64,000 nt of DNA, from the NCBI GenBank assembly GCA_963771175.1, contig CAVYSY010000026.1, forward strand, positions 512,001-576,000. Direction: 5' to 3'. Positions within the stretch are counted from its first letter, which is position 1. Every line of letters starts with the position of its first letter. The notes below the pieces were generated by a model. It had not been told where the DNA came from and ran no database searches. It was given only the letters and a program-made list of their open reading frames with translations. Shown here piece by piece: positions 32,860 through 43,325 of this stretch. Position numbers and translations under genes: made by a program. This stretch comes from an uncultured delta proteobacterium (GTDB taxonomy: Bacteria; Myxococcota; Myxococcia; Myxococcales; Myxococcaceae).

Positions 32860-34311
32860 CTACGGAGCCGTCCCGCTGTTGTTGGCGAACCTGAACACCA
32901 TGATGGAGCCTGGATTGGCGAGCACGTCGGTGGCACCGCCATTGGCGTCCTGGGTGAATCCGGCGGAATCCGTAGCGATGTAGAAGGTCCGGTTGTCGGG
33001 GCCGATCGCGAGGTCGCGGTAGCGGTTCACGGTGTCGAAGAGCTGGTCCATGTCCCGGACGCCCTGACCGTCGCCGCTCAGCTTGAAGCGGTACAGCGTG
33101 CCGTTCTTGAGCGACGTGACCAACAAGGAGCCACCCCAACCCGGAATCGCCCCGTCCTGTGGATAGTAGTCCACGCTCGACGGCGCAATGGAGGGCCGAC
33201 AGATGAAGAACGTCTCACCACAGGTCTCGTCCTCGAAATCGTAACCGTTCGGCACGGTGTACAGGGTCTTGATCGGCTCGACGAAGGCCTCCGTGTAGTC
33301 GGTCTCTTCGGCGCGGGGAACGCCCGCCGGGACACTCGCCGGGTCGGTCAGGTTCGTCCAGGTCAGCTCCTGGCAGTTGGGCGCCGCGGACCAGTTGACG
33401 TACGCATACGCCTGATTATCGCGGTACCCCGCGATGTGCGGCCACCCATAGTTGCCGCCTGCCCGGATGATGTTCAGCTCGTCATCGGCGTTGGCGGAGT
33501 GCTCGGCCTGGTAGAGCGTGCCGTCCGGCCCGAACACGATGCCTTGGGGATTGCGGTGGCCGTAGGTGTAGATGTGGCTCCGCACTCCGTTGAACATCGG
33601 GTTGTCCACCGGAATCGCGCCGTCCAGCTCCATCCGCAGAATCTTTCCCTTGTAGGCAGACCAGTCTGCGTTCTGGACCTCGCTGTCGGTCGGAAGTCTC
33701 TGCGCTTCGATGGGCTTGCAGAAGCTGGCGAACTGGTTCGCGCCTTGCTCACCCAGGGAATAGAAGAGTTTCCCGTCCGGACCGATCTTCAGGCGGCCAC
33801 CGTTGTGGTCATCGCCAGCTGGGATCCCCGAAATGAGCTCCCTCGGCTCGCTCAGCGTTTCAGCGTCGGGTTGGTAGGTGAAGCGCACAACCTTCGCGCG
33901 GGGATTGTCCTGTTCATTGCCATCCCCCGGAGTGCCGTCGTAAGTGTAGGCGACGTACACGTAGTCGTTCCCGGAGCCGGCGAGCAGCTCTGGGTGAAGC
34001 GCCATCCCGAGCAAGCCCTGGTGCTGCACGTCGACCAGGACTTCGCCGATGGTGACGGCCACTCGCGTTGTCCCGGATTCAGGGTCTATCCGCGTGACCC
34101 TCCGTCCGGCCCGCTCCGTCACCCAGAGCATGTCGTCCGGTCCCCAGGTCACCTCCCACGGACCTTCGAGCCCGCTGACCAGCACTCGAGCTGGCAACTC
34201 CGGATCCGATGGCTGCTGGCCAGCAGCACTCTCGGTCGGTTGTGGTTTGGCTGGTGCAACTTGACCGCAAGCGACCAGCGAAAACAGAGCCAAGGTCAGA
34301 ATCGTTCTCAT
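32860..34311 (-). CDS. PQQ-dependent glucose/sorbosone dehydrogenase family lipoprotein (soluble GDH-like)
   Basis: Lipobox LVAC, GLEGPWEVTWGPD, HNGGRL, YTYGHRNPQG, DDELN..GGNYGWP, RYRD. Confidence 0.92.
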   Translation of the reverse strand: MRTILTLALFSLVACGQVAPAKPQPTESAAGQQPSDPELPARVLVSGLEGPWEVTWGPDDMLWVTERAGRRVTRIDPESGTTRVAVTIGEVLVDVQHQGLLGMALHPELLAGSGNDYVYVAYTYDGTPGDGNEQDNPRAKVVRFTYQPDAETLSEPRELISGIPAGDDHNGGRLKIGPDGKLFYSLGEQGANQFASFCKPIEAQRLPTDSEVQNADWSAYKGKILRMELDGAIPVDNPMFNGVRSHIYTYGHRNPQGIVFGPDGTLYQAEHSANADDELNIIRAGGNYGWPHIAGYRDNQAYAYVNWSAAPNCQELTWTNLTDPASVPAGVPRAEETDYTEAFVEPIKTLYTVPNGYDFEDETCGETFFICRPSIAPSSVDYYPQDGAIPGWGGSLLVTSLKNGTLYRFKLSGDGQGVRDMDQLFDTVNRYRDLAIGPDNRTFYIATDSAGFTQDANGGATDVLANPGSIMVFRFANNSGTAP

Positions 34312-34550
34312 CGTGGTGACTCCGCTGCGGAGGGGGGATGCAATTCCACTCGATGCCCTCGCCGCGATTCATAGGCCTTGCTGAGTCAAGCTGGGGCTTG
34401 CCGCGCGTGGCAGCTAGCGTCCTGCCGTCAGTGCTCCATGGCGACCAGCGAACACTCAACGCGATGAATATTGGGTAACGGAGCAGTTCCTGCGCGAACT
34501 CTTAGCTTGCGCTGGACGCTCCGCGTGCTCACTCTCGACGAATGAGCAGG

Positions 34551-36290
34551 ATGGCGCGCTTCGTCCCCGCCGTGCGGTGGTTGGGCAGGTACGAACCCAG
34601 GTTCATAGCGCGAGATCTCGCCGGTGGGCTGGCCGTCGGCTCCATGCTTATCCCGCAAGGGCTGGCGTTCGCGCAGATCGTCCAGGTGCCCCCAGTGGCG
34701 GGGCTGTGGTCCGGCATCGCCGCGATGATCGCCTACGCGCTGTGCGGCCCGTCCCGGCACCTCATGGTCGGTCCAGAGGCGGGCACGGCGACGATGGTCG
34801 CTGCCGTGCTCACTACGGCGGGGATGGAATCACCGGAGCAGCGGCTGAGGGGCGCGGCGCTGCTGGCCATCATGGTCGGTGCCGTGCTCGTCATCGCCGG
34901 CAGCTTCCGGCTCGGCGCGATCTCCGACTTCCTCTCCCGGCCGATCCTCGTCGGCTACATCAATGGGGTCGCGCTGGTGCTGATCGCCTCGCAGCTCCCG
35001 GGGGTGCTTGGCATCCGAAGCACGGAGAACGACTTCATTCGGCAGGTCGTGGAGATCACCTCGGAGTTCGGAGACGTGCACTGGCCCACCCTCTGGCTGT
35101 CCGCCTTCGCGCTGGTGTTCCTCCTCGCCTTTCGCCGCCTCCTCCCCAAGCTCCCCGGTGCGGTCGTGGTGGTGACAGCGGGGATCATCCTGTCCGCTTT
35201 GCTCGACTTTCACGCCCGCGGCATCCGGGTGCTCGGGCACATCGAGCAAGGCCTGCCCCGGATTGGGCTTCCCGAGGTGCCGGCCGGCTCAATCCTGGGG
35301 CTCGTCCCCGGTGCTCTGAGCATCGCGCTGCTCATCTATGCGAGCTCAGCGCTGACCAGCCGCATCTTTGCGGACAAGAACCGCTACGAGTTCAAAGCCA
35401 ACAGCGAGCTCTTTGGGCTCGCGGCGGCCAACTTCGCAACGGGCCTCATCCACGGCGTACCCGTCGCCGGGAGCGACGCGCGCACCGCCATCAACGATGC
35501 GGCCGGCTCGCGGACGCAGGCTGCCGGACTGATCGCCTCCGCGGTTGTCGCCACCATCATCTTCCTCCTCGCCCCGGTGATGAACCTGCTGCCGAACGCC
35601 GTGCTCGGCACGGTAGTGATCGCCTCGGCGATCTCGCTCTTCGACCTGCGCGGCTTCGTGCGCATCTGGCGGGTGCGCATGCTGGAGGGCTTCCTCGCGG
35701 TGGCGACGTTCGTGGGCGTGTTGGTCTTCGGCATCCTCCCCGGCGTGCTGGTGGCGGTGGCGCTCGCGGTCGGCGATCTGGTCCGGCGCGCTGCGCACCC
35801 ACATGACGCGGTGCTGGGGCGGCTCAGGGGGAGGCCCGGCTACCACGACATCGAGCATCGGCCGGGCAGTGAGACGCTGCCAGGGCTCATCATCTACCGC
35901 ATCGACGCGCCGCTGTTCTTCGCCAACGCGCGTTTCCTCCGCGAACAAGTCCACAAGCTCATCGACATCGCCCAGGCGCCGGTGCGGATGGTCGTCCTCG
36001 ACTGCGGTGCGATGTTCGACCTGGATGTCACCGCGGCGGAGACGCTGGAGGAGCTCGACCGCGAATTCGACGAGCGCGGCATCACGCTGGCCCTGGCGGA
36101 GCCCCACGCGCCGATGCGACGCGTGCTTCGCCGGTCGGGGCTGCTCCAGAAGCTCGGCCAGGCGAACATCTTCTCCACTGTGGGCGAGTCAATCCGCGCC
36201 TACGTCGAGCGCGCGGAGACAGATCTCGGGCGGGACATCGACTGGCAGCGCGTCGACGAACCACCTCGCCCGAGTGGAGGACCGCCATGA
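34551..36290 (+). CDS. SulP family anion transporter with STAS domain
   Basis: DLAGGL..IPQGLAFA, SRHLMVGP, FLSRPILVGY, RIDAPLFFAN, DVTA. Confidence 0.93.
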   Translation: MARFVPAVRWLGRYEPRFIARDLAGGLAVGSMLIPQGLAFAQIVQVPPVAGLWSGIAAMIAYALCGPSRHLMVGPEAGTATMVAAVLTTAGMESPEQRLRGAALLAIMVGAVLVIAGSFRLGAISDFLSRPILVGYINGVALVLIASQLPGVLGIRSTENDFIRQVVEITSEFGDVHWPTLWLSAFALVFLLAFRRLLPKLPGAVVVVTAGIILSALLDFHARGIRVLGHIEQGLPRIGLPEVPAGSILGLVPGALSIALLIYASSALTSRIFADKNRYEFKANSELFGLAAANFATGLIHGVPVAGSDARTAINDAAGSRTQAAGLIASAVVATIIFLLAPVMNLLPNAVLGTVVIASAISLFDLRGFVRIWRVRMLEGFLAVATFVGVLVFGILPGVLVAVALAVGDLVRRAAHPHDAVLGRLRGRPGYHDIEHRPGSETLPGLIIYRIDAPLFFANARFLREQVHKLIDIAQAPVRMVVLDCGAMFDLDVTAAETLEELDREFDERGITLALAEPHAPMRRVLRRSGLLQKLGQANIFSTVGESIRAYVERAETDLGRDIDWQRVDEPPRPSGGPP

Positions 36291-36487
36291 CGCTCAATGA
36301 TCACCCGGTCCTCGGAGCCATCCTCCGGCTGGGGCTTGCATTCCTGCGGGTGCTCCCGTTGGGATGGGCGCGCGAGCGACGGTCCCGCTCCGCTGGCCTG
36401 CGCTGCCCGCTGCGATCGCGCCGGCAGTAGAGGAGTGAGCCTGGGAGCGCGTGGAAGAGAGGCCACGCGTTTCGTAACCCTCTGGGG

Positions 36488-37135
36488 ATGCGTCAGGTGA
36501 AGCGATGGATCTTGCTCGAGGTGGTCGTCACCGCCACGGCCCTCCTGCCCGTGGCCGCGGCCGCGCAGGGCACCCGCCCGAAGCGTGACGTGTCCGAGAT
36601 CGCGCGTCAGTTCCAGAACCCCCTCCCGGACCTGATGAACGTGCGTTTCATCAATGACGTCGATCTCGGCGTCGGTGAGCTGCCCGACACCGACCTGCTC
36701 GTGCGCGTCAATGCCCTGCTGCCCGTTCGGCTCACGTCGAAGGTGAACCTCGTGGTGAACACGATCCTGCCCCTGCACTCCCGGCCGTCAGCCGAAGCGG
36801 AAGGCGAGCGGATCAATGGCGTAGGCAATGCGCTGCAGCACCTGCTCCTTGGGCCGACGCGCGCCGGGCGTTTCCTCTGGGCGTTCGGCCCCGCCTTCGA
36901 GCTGCCGACCGCCACCCGCCGCGAGCTGGAGACCGGGCGGCTGTCCGTCGGGCCGAGCGTGGTGCTGAGCTACCAGAGCCCTGCCTGGGGGCTTTCCCTC
37001 AACGGCTGGCATCTTCGTTCCGTGACGGGTCCGGACGGGGGGCTCCCCGTGAGCGTGCTCATCGCCTATCGCCTGCTCCGTCCCTTGGAGAGGCAGCCCA
37101 CTGGCCTGGCACCGGACGAAATCGAAAGGGCCTGA
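36488..37135 (+). CDS. Exported beta-barrel-like hypothetical protein of sulfatase clusters (possibly 3'-truncated)
   Basis: Signal peptide, ARQFQNPL, FGPAFELPTAT..L.TGR.SVGP; C-terminus seems abrupt. Confidence 0.55.
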   Translation: MRQVKRWILLEVVVTATALLPVAAAAQGTRPKRDVSEIARQFQNPLPDLMNVRFINDVDLGVGELPDTDLLVRVNALLPVRLTSKVNLVVNTILPLHSRPSAEAEGERINGVGNALQHLLLGPTRAGRFLWAFGPAFELPTATRRELETGRLSVGPSVVLSYQSPAWGLSLNGWHLRSVTGPDGGLPVSVLIAYRLLRPLERQPTGLAPDEIERA

Positions 37136-37197
37136 ACACCCGGGGCCCTCGTGCGCAACGTGGTCCAGGGTCCACCCACCGCTTGAAGGAGCGCACC

Positions 37198-39562
37198 ATG
37201 CCAGGAAAGAAGCCGCCGTCTCTTCGTGGCATCAATCGCGACGTCTACCCCCGTCCCGAGTACCGTTTCTCGGGGGCGAAGATCGGGACGACCTACGAGG
37301 AGTCGAAGCCCGACTTTCCCCAGCTGCAGAAGGCGCCGGAGGGGGCGCCGAACATCGTGCTCGTGCTGCTCGACGACGTGGGGTTCGCCTGGCCGAGCAC
37401 CTATGGTGGTCTGGTGCGCACCCCGACGGCGGACCGTCTGGGCGGCATCGGGCTGACGTACTGCCAGTTCCACACCACCGCCCTGTGCGCTCCCACCCGC
37501 GCTGCGCTGCTCACCGGCCGCAACCACCACTCCGTCTCCACCGGGATCGTGGCGGAGATGGCCACGGGCTATCCGGGCTACAGCGGCATTCTGCCGAAGA
37601 GCTGCGCCACCATCGGTGAGCTGCTCTCGCCAAACGGCTACGCCACCGCGTGGTTCGGCAAGAACCACAACGTCCCCGATTCGCAGACGAGCGCCGCCGG
37701 GCCCTTCGACTACTGGCCGCATCGGCGCGGCTTCGACTACTTCTACGGCTTCGTCGGCGGCGAGACGGACCAGTTCTACCCGGCCCTCTTCCGCAACACG
37801 ACGCCGGTCGACGTGCCGCGGAAGCCGGAGGAGGGCTACCAGCTCACCACCGACCTCGCAGACGACTGCATCCAGTGGATGCGCACCCAGAAGGCGATTG
37901 CGCCCGAGCGTCCGCTCTTCGTCCACTTCGCGCCCGCCGCCGCGCACGGTCCGCACCAGCCGCCGCTGGCGTGGCGCGGTCGCAACAAGGGCCGCTTCGA
38001 CATGGGTTGGGACCACTACCGCGAGGAGACGTTGAAGCGGCAGATCGCGCTGGGGGTGGTGCCGAAGGGCACCAAGCTCACGCCCCGCCCCGAGGGGATC
38101 CCGGCCTGGGACAGCTTCAGCCCCGAGGAGCAGCGGCTGCTCTCGCTGCAGGCGGAGATCTACGCCGACTACCTCGAGCACTGCGACTACGAGGTCGGCC
38201 GCCTGGTGCAGACCCTCGAGGAGCTGGGCGAGTTCGACAACACGCTCTTCATCTACATCCTGGGCGACAACGGCTCGAGCGCGGAGGGCGGCCTCGAGGG
38301 CACGATCAACGAAGGCACCACGATGCAGGGCCTCTCCCCGTCGCTCGAGGACAGCCGCCGGTTCGAGAAGGACTGGGGGATGCCCGGCACCTGGCCGCAC
38401 TTCGCGGTGGGCTGGGCGTGGGCGGGCGACACCCCGTTCCAGTGGACGAAGCAGGTCGCATCCCACTTCGGCGGCACCCGCAACGGGATGGTGGTGAGCT
38501 GGCCGTCGTGGATCGCGGACAGGGGCGAGCGCCGCTTCCAGTTCCACCACGTCATCGACATCGTTCCGACGATCCTCGAGGTGGTGGGGATCGCCGAGCC
38601 GTCGATGGTGAACGGCGTGCCGCAGAAGCCGATCGAGGGCGTGAGCATGGCCTACACCTTCGACCGCGCGAACGCCGAGGCGAAGAGCACCCGCACGACG
38701 CAGTACTTCGAGATGCTGGGGAACCGTGCGCTCTACAAGGACGGGTGGATCGCCAGTTGCCGGCACGGGCGCCTGCCGTGGGAGACTTCCGGCTCGGCGG
38801 ACTTCGCGAAGGACACCTGGGAGCTCTACGACATCGAGGAGGACTTCAGCCAGTCCGAGGACCTCGCGGCGAAACATCCCGACAAGCTGCGCGAGCTGCA
38901 GGATCAGTTCCTCATCGAGGCGGCGAAGTACAACGTGTTCCCGCTCGACGATCGCTTCAGCGAGCGCGCGGATCCTTCGCTGCGCCCGAGCCACTACTCC
39001 GGCCGTTCGGACCTGACCTTCTACCCGGGGATGGTCCGCCTGCCCGAGGGCAGCGCGCCGCGGTTCTCCAACGTGAACCACTCGATCGACGTGTTCGCGG
39101 AGCTCTCCGAGGACTCGCGCGGCGTGTTGATCTGCATGGGCGGCGACATGGCCGGGTGGACCCTCTTCGTCGACGACGATCGGCGGCTTCGCTACCACTA
39201 CAACGCGTTCACCTTCGACCGCTACGACGTGATCTCGCAGGACCCGCTGCCCACCGGCCGCGTCGAGCTCAGGCTCGAGTTCCAGTGCGAGGACGCGCAG
39301 AAGCGGGGAGGCCCTGCCGACGTAAGGCTCTTCTGCAACGGGCGTCCCGTCGCGCAGGGCCGCATCGACAAGCAGGTCCCCGGGCGCTTCAGCGAGAGCC
39401 TCGACGTGGGCGAGGACAAGATGTCGCCCGTGTTCGCCGGCTATCGTGACCGCTTGCCCTTCCGCTTCACCGGGAAGCTGGAGCGCATCGAGGTGAAGCT
39501 GGGCGAGGGCGCCGAGCTGACGCGGGGTGAGCTGCTCCAGGAGCAGCTTGCACCACGACTGA
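37198..39562 (+). CDS. Arylsulfatase (Cys-type, formylglycine-dependent)
   Basis: PNIVLVLLDDVG, CAPTRAALLTGR, FGKNH, DNG, GGTRN; AAGGAG SD; a probable +1 error at ~39549 hides EQLHHD* at 39560-39562. Confidence 0.92.
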
Positions 39563-39578
39563 CGCATGAGGAGCATCC

Positions 39579-40590
39579 ATGCCGAAGCGGCTCGAGCGAT
39601 GGCTGCCGGTCATCGGTTGGATCCGCCGCTATCGGCACCAGGACCTGCCTCCGGACCTGCTGGCGGGCCTCTACGCGCTCCTTCTGCCGATGGCCGCGTA
39701 TTTCCTCTTCGGCACCTCGCGCCGGCTCTCGCTTTCGCCGACCGCGCCTGGCGCCGTGCTCGTCCTGGCGACGGTGGCGCCGCTCGCGGGAGGCGATGCG
39801 GGGCGGTTCATCTCCCTGTCGATCCAGCTCACCGCGCTCACCGGGCTCCTCCTGGTGGGCGCGGGCCTGTTGCGCCTGAGTTACATCGCCTACTTCCTCT
39901 CGCAGCCCGTGCTGAATGGCTACCTCATCGGCGCGGGGCTGCTCATCACCTCGGGGGAGGTGACGGAGCTGCTAGGCGTGGAGGCGAGCGGCGGCACACT
40001 TCCGGCAGCGGTCCGCGCCGTCTCGAGCGCGCAGGATTCTCTGGACTGGACGACGGCAGCCGTCGGGGCGACCGCGCTCGGGCTGCTCGTGGTGCTGCGT
40101 CTGTTTCGCCGTCCACACCTCGGGCCCCTGCTGGCGGTGGGGCTCGCGACCGGGGTCGTTGGCGTCCTCGGGCTGGAACTGCCGTCGGTCGGCCGCATCG
40201 AGGGAGGTCTGCCGGCGTTCGCGCTGCCCGGGTTGCGGTGGTCGGAGAGGAGCGCTCTTCTTCCCCAACGCGGCGGCCGTAGGGGCGCGCGTTCACGTGG
40301 CCATCGAGGAGCCAGGCGCCGACCTCCGGCAGGTCGTCATCGATCTCCGCTACGTCCCGTACATCGACTTGACCGCCTGCCAGGAACTCCTCCATCTCCG
40401 GGACTGGCTCGTCGAGAGGCAGCAATTGCTGCTGCTCGCCCGACCTCAGCCAGACGTCGAGGCGAAGCTGCGACGCAGCGGCCTCGGCGAGGCGATCCTC
40501 CCGCGCTGGTCGAGGCTGCCCTTCAGGCCGGCGCATCGGACGCCCGGACAGTCGGATGCTTCGGAGAAGCCTCCGCCTCCTTACCGTTGA
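39579..40590 (+). pseudogene. Second SulP transporter, internally deleted and frameshifted
   Basis: N-terminal SulP motifs (GTSRRL, FLSQPVLNGY) and a STAS remnant (VVIDL..IDLTA) in another frame; about half normal length. Confidence 0.75.
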
Positions 40591-40596
40591 GGCAGC

Positions 40597-41502
40597 ATGG
40601 AAGAGTTCCTTCAAGCACTGCTGGGCTTCATCGTGCCCTTCTTCGCCGTGGTCAGCATGGCGGGCGCGGGGCTGGGGCGATCGATTCGTGAGGTCACCCG
40701 TCCACTGCGGAGCCCCGCCTTCCTCGCCGCCGCGCTGATCGCCAACTTCGTGCTCGTGCCGGTCCTTGCCTACGGGATCGCCCGGCTGCTGAACCTGGAG
40801 GCGCCGTACGCGATCGGGCTCTTCCTGCTGGCCACCGTGGCGGGCGCGCCCTTTCTCGTGGCGCTCGTCCGCGCCGCGAAGACGGATCTCACCCTCGCCA
40901 CCGGGCTCCTGGTCACCTTGATGATCGGCACGATCATCTACATGCCGCTCGTGCTCCCGGCGGTGCTGCCGTGGGCCGAGGTTCGGGTCATGCAGATCGC
41001 GCCGTCATTGTTGCTCACGATGTTCCTCCCCCTGGTCGTCGGGCTGGTCGTGCACGCGGTGACGCCGCGCCTCTCAGCGAAGCTGGGACCCTTGTTCGGG
41101 CGGGCCTCACAGCTCTCCTTGATCATCCTGGTCGCGGCGACGTTCCTGCTGCACCTGCCGTCGGTCATCGGCATGGTGGGGTCGGGCGCCCTCGCCGCGG
41201 CGTTCCTGTTCACCCTCGGGGCCTTCCTCATCGGCTATACCCTCGGCGGGCGGAAGCCGAGTCATCGGGCCGTGCTGGGGCTGGCCACCGGGCAGCGCAG
41301 CGTCGCGGCGGCCACGATCGTCGCGACCCAGGTCTTCGAGCAGTCCGGACCGCTGGTGATGGTCGTGGTGTCGTCCCTGGTGGCGTTCGTGGTGCTCTTC
41401 CCCGCCGCGTACTTCCTGCGACGCAGCGGCGAGAGGCGGACCGCCCGACAGGTAGGCTTCGAGTCGCCTGGAACCGAAGGTGGGCGCTGGCGCAGAGCGT
41501 GA
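40597..41502 (+). CDS. Bile acid:sodium symporter (BASS) family transporter
   Basis: ALIANFVLVP, GAPF, LATGQRSVAAA; multiple TM segments. Confidence 0.85.
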   Translation: MEEFLQALLGFIVPFFAVVSMAGAGLGRSIREVTRPLRSPAFLAAALIANFVLVPVLAYGIARLLNLEAPYAIGLFLLATVAGAPFLVALVRAAKTDLTLATGLLVTLMIGTIIYMPLVLPAVLPWAEVRVMQIAPSLLLTMFLPLVVGLVVHAVTPRLSAKLGPLFGRASQLSLIILVAATFLLHLPSVIGMVGSGALAAAFLFTLGAFLIGYTLGGRKPSHRAVLGLATGQRSVAAATIVATQVFEQSGPLVMVVVSSLVAFVVLFPAAYFLRRSGERRTARQVGFESPGTEGGRWRRA

Positions 41503-42563
41503 TGATTCCCGACATCCTCGAAGCCACGATCCCCGAACGACTCCTGGCGCTGCTCACGGTGCTGGTGATCGCACTGATCACCTTCTTTCTGGCGCGATGG
41601 ATCGGCCGACGGTTGAAGGGCCGGACCCGGCTGGGGCTGCGCGGCCTCGATCGGCTGGCGGAGCCCGTGACGTTGTTCGTGATCGCGGCGAGCGCCGCCC
41701 TGTTGATGGTCCCCATCGCCATCGACCCGGAGGTGCTCTCGTTTGCAGCCGAGGTGGTGGCGATCTTCGCCGCCTTCTGGTTCTTCTCGCGGGCCCTCGA
41801 GGTGCTCTGGACGACGGGGGAGCACAGCGCGCGGCTGCGGCACAACGCCGTGGCGCGCGCCGCGGTCATGTCGGCGCGACACCTCGGGAAGGTGATCGTC
41901 TGGGTGAGCGCCGCACTCACGATGGCCGTGAAGTTCGGCGCCACGGGCCAGCTCTACCTGCTGCTCGGTGGTCTCGGCGCAGGCCTGGCGCTCGCCGCCC
42001 GGGATCCCATCCGCAACGCCTTCGCGTTCGCCAACATGCTCGTCGACCCGCCGTTCCGGCTCGGAGACCGGGTTCGCATGGAGGAGTTCCGCGGGGGCGT
42101 CGCCGCCGAGGGCACGGTGCTCTCCATCTCCCTGTCGGCGGTCACGCTCGAGACGCCCCGGCATACGCGGGTGGTCGTCTCGAATGTGCGGGTGGGGGAG
42201 CTGCGCGTGGAGAACCTCTCCGTGGCCGACCGTCGCCGGCTGGAGCTGGTCGTCCCCGTTCCCACCGAGCTGTCGACGGAGGCGCTGCGCACCGCGTGCG
42301 ACGAGATCGAGTCGGACCTGCGGGCGCACCCGCACGTTTCCGATACCCACCCCCCACACGTCTGGATCTCCGGCGCCTCGGGGGGGCTCCAGCTCAAGGC
42401 ATCGCTCTGGCTGCGGAAGGCCTCCCGCCGTCGCGAGACCCAGCGGGAGCTGCTGCTGCTGATCCGCGAACGACTCGAGCAGCACTTGAGGCAGGGCAGG
42501 GAGGCTCCGGCCTCGACGAGACGTCCAGCGATCTCGATGGTGCGTCGACCCGAGCCCGTGTGA
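41502..42563 (+). CDS. MscS family mechanosensitive channel
   Basis: TM helices, LALAARDPIRN, PFRLGDRV, V.N...VENLS. Confidence 0.85.
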   Translation: MIPDILEATIPERLLALLTVLVIALITFFLARWIGRRLKGRTRLGLRGLDRLAEPVTLFVIAASAALLMVPIAIDPEVLSFAAEVVAIFAAFWFFSRALEVLWTTGEHSARLRHNAVARAAVMSARHLGKVIVWVSAALTMAVKFGATGQLYLLLGGLGAGLALAARDPIRNAFAFANMLVDPPFRLGDRVRMEEFRGGVAAEGTVLSISLSAVTLETPRHTRVVVSNVRVGELRVENLSVADRRRLELVVPVPTELSTEALRTACDEIESDLRAHPHVSDTHPPHVWISGASGGLQLKASLWLRKASRRRETQRELLLLIRERLEQHLRQGREAPASTRRPAISMVRRPEPV

Positions 42564-42868
42564 GGGACTGCTCCCCAGAAGGTCCACCGGCCCGCGCGGT
42601 CTTTCCCATGCTCACCCACGACTTCGAGAACCACAGCAACCAGCGCGCAGGCGTCCTCGACTTCTTCGCGGGTGTCTTCGAGCCAGCGATGGAAGGCATT
42701 GTCCAGTGGGATGCGAAGCATCCATCGGGCGATGCACGCTGACTCAGCCTCGCCACTCGCCGGAGCCCTGGCGCGGTAACCCGGTGGAGAGGCCGGGCAA
42801 TCGGAGGAGCAGGCCGCGCGCGTGGCGCTGGACCCTGAGCCTGGCCACCTCTGGCCGTGAGCGCCTCC

Positions 42869-43069
42869 TCAGCGCGCCGGCTTCGGGACGTGCTGATCAA
42901 TCAGGATGGGGTTCCCATCGGGATCGATGAGCATGAGGCTCGCGGGTCCGGTGGAGGATTCGTCGGCGGCGGAGGCGAGAGTGAGAGCGCTGGCCTGAAG
43001 GGCCCGCTGGAGTTCGCGGACGTCGTCAAAATCAGCGAGTGGATTGGCGTTGCGGTCCCAGCCCGGGTT
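42869..43069 (-). pseudogene. C-terminal remnant of a VOC/glyoxalase gene
   Basis: NPGWD...DVRELQ...GPAS.MLIDPDGNPILIDQH without an N-terminus. Confidence 0.65.
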
Positions 43070-43325
43070 ATGGGGGCGACTCCCGAGGCCGGGGCGGTGG
43101 CGGGTGGGTGAGCAGGCGCTGCCGCGCAGCCGCTCAGAGTGAGGACAAGCAGCATGCCGCTGAGGATTCGAGGCCGGGGAAGGTGTCAAAGAACTCGTTC
43201 CGACACTTCGCGCCCTTCGAGTCATCTGACACCCTGGGGGCCGGAACCGAGCGTCTGGTGCCCGGCGGGCGCGCGCGGTCGCCTGCCGAAGCCGCGCCCG
43301 CCCGTGGGATTCGGACGCTGCCGAC

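Noticed and set aside
37183..39879. Sulfatase with a 100-aa C-terminal extension
   Set aside because: The extension overlaps the next gene out of frame; a 1-nt correction gives a stop at 39560-39562.
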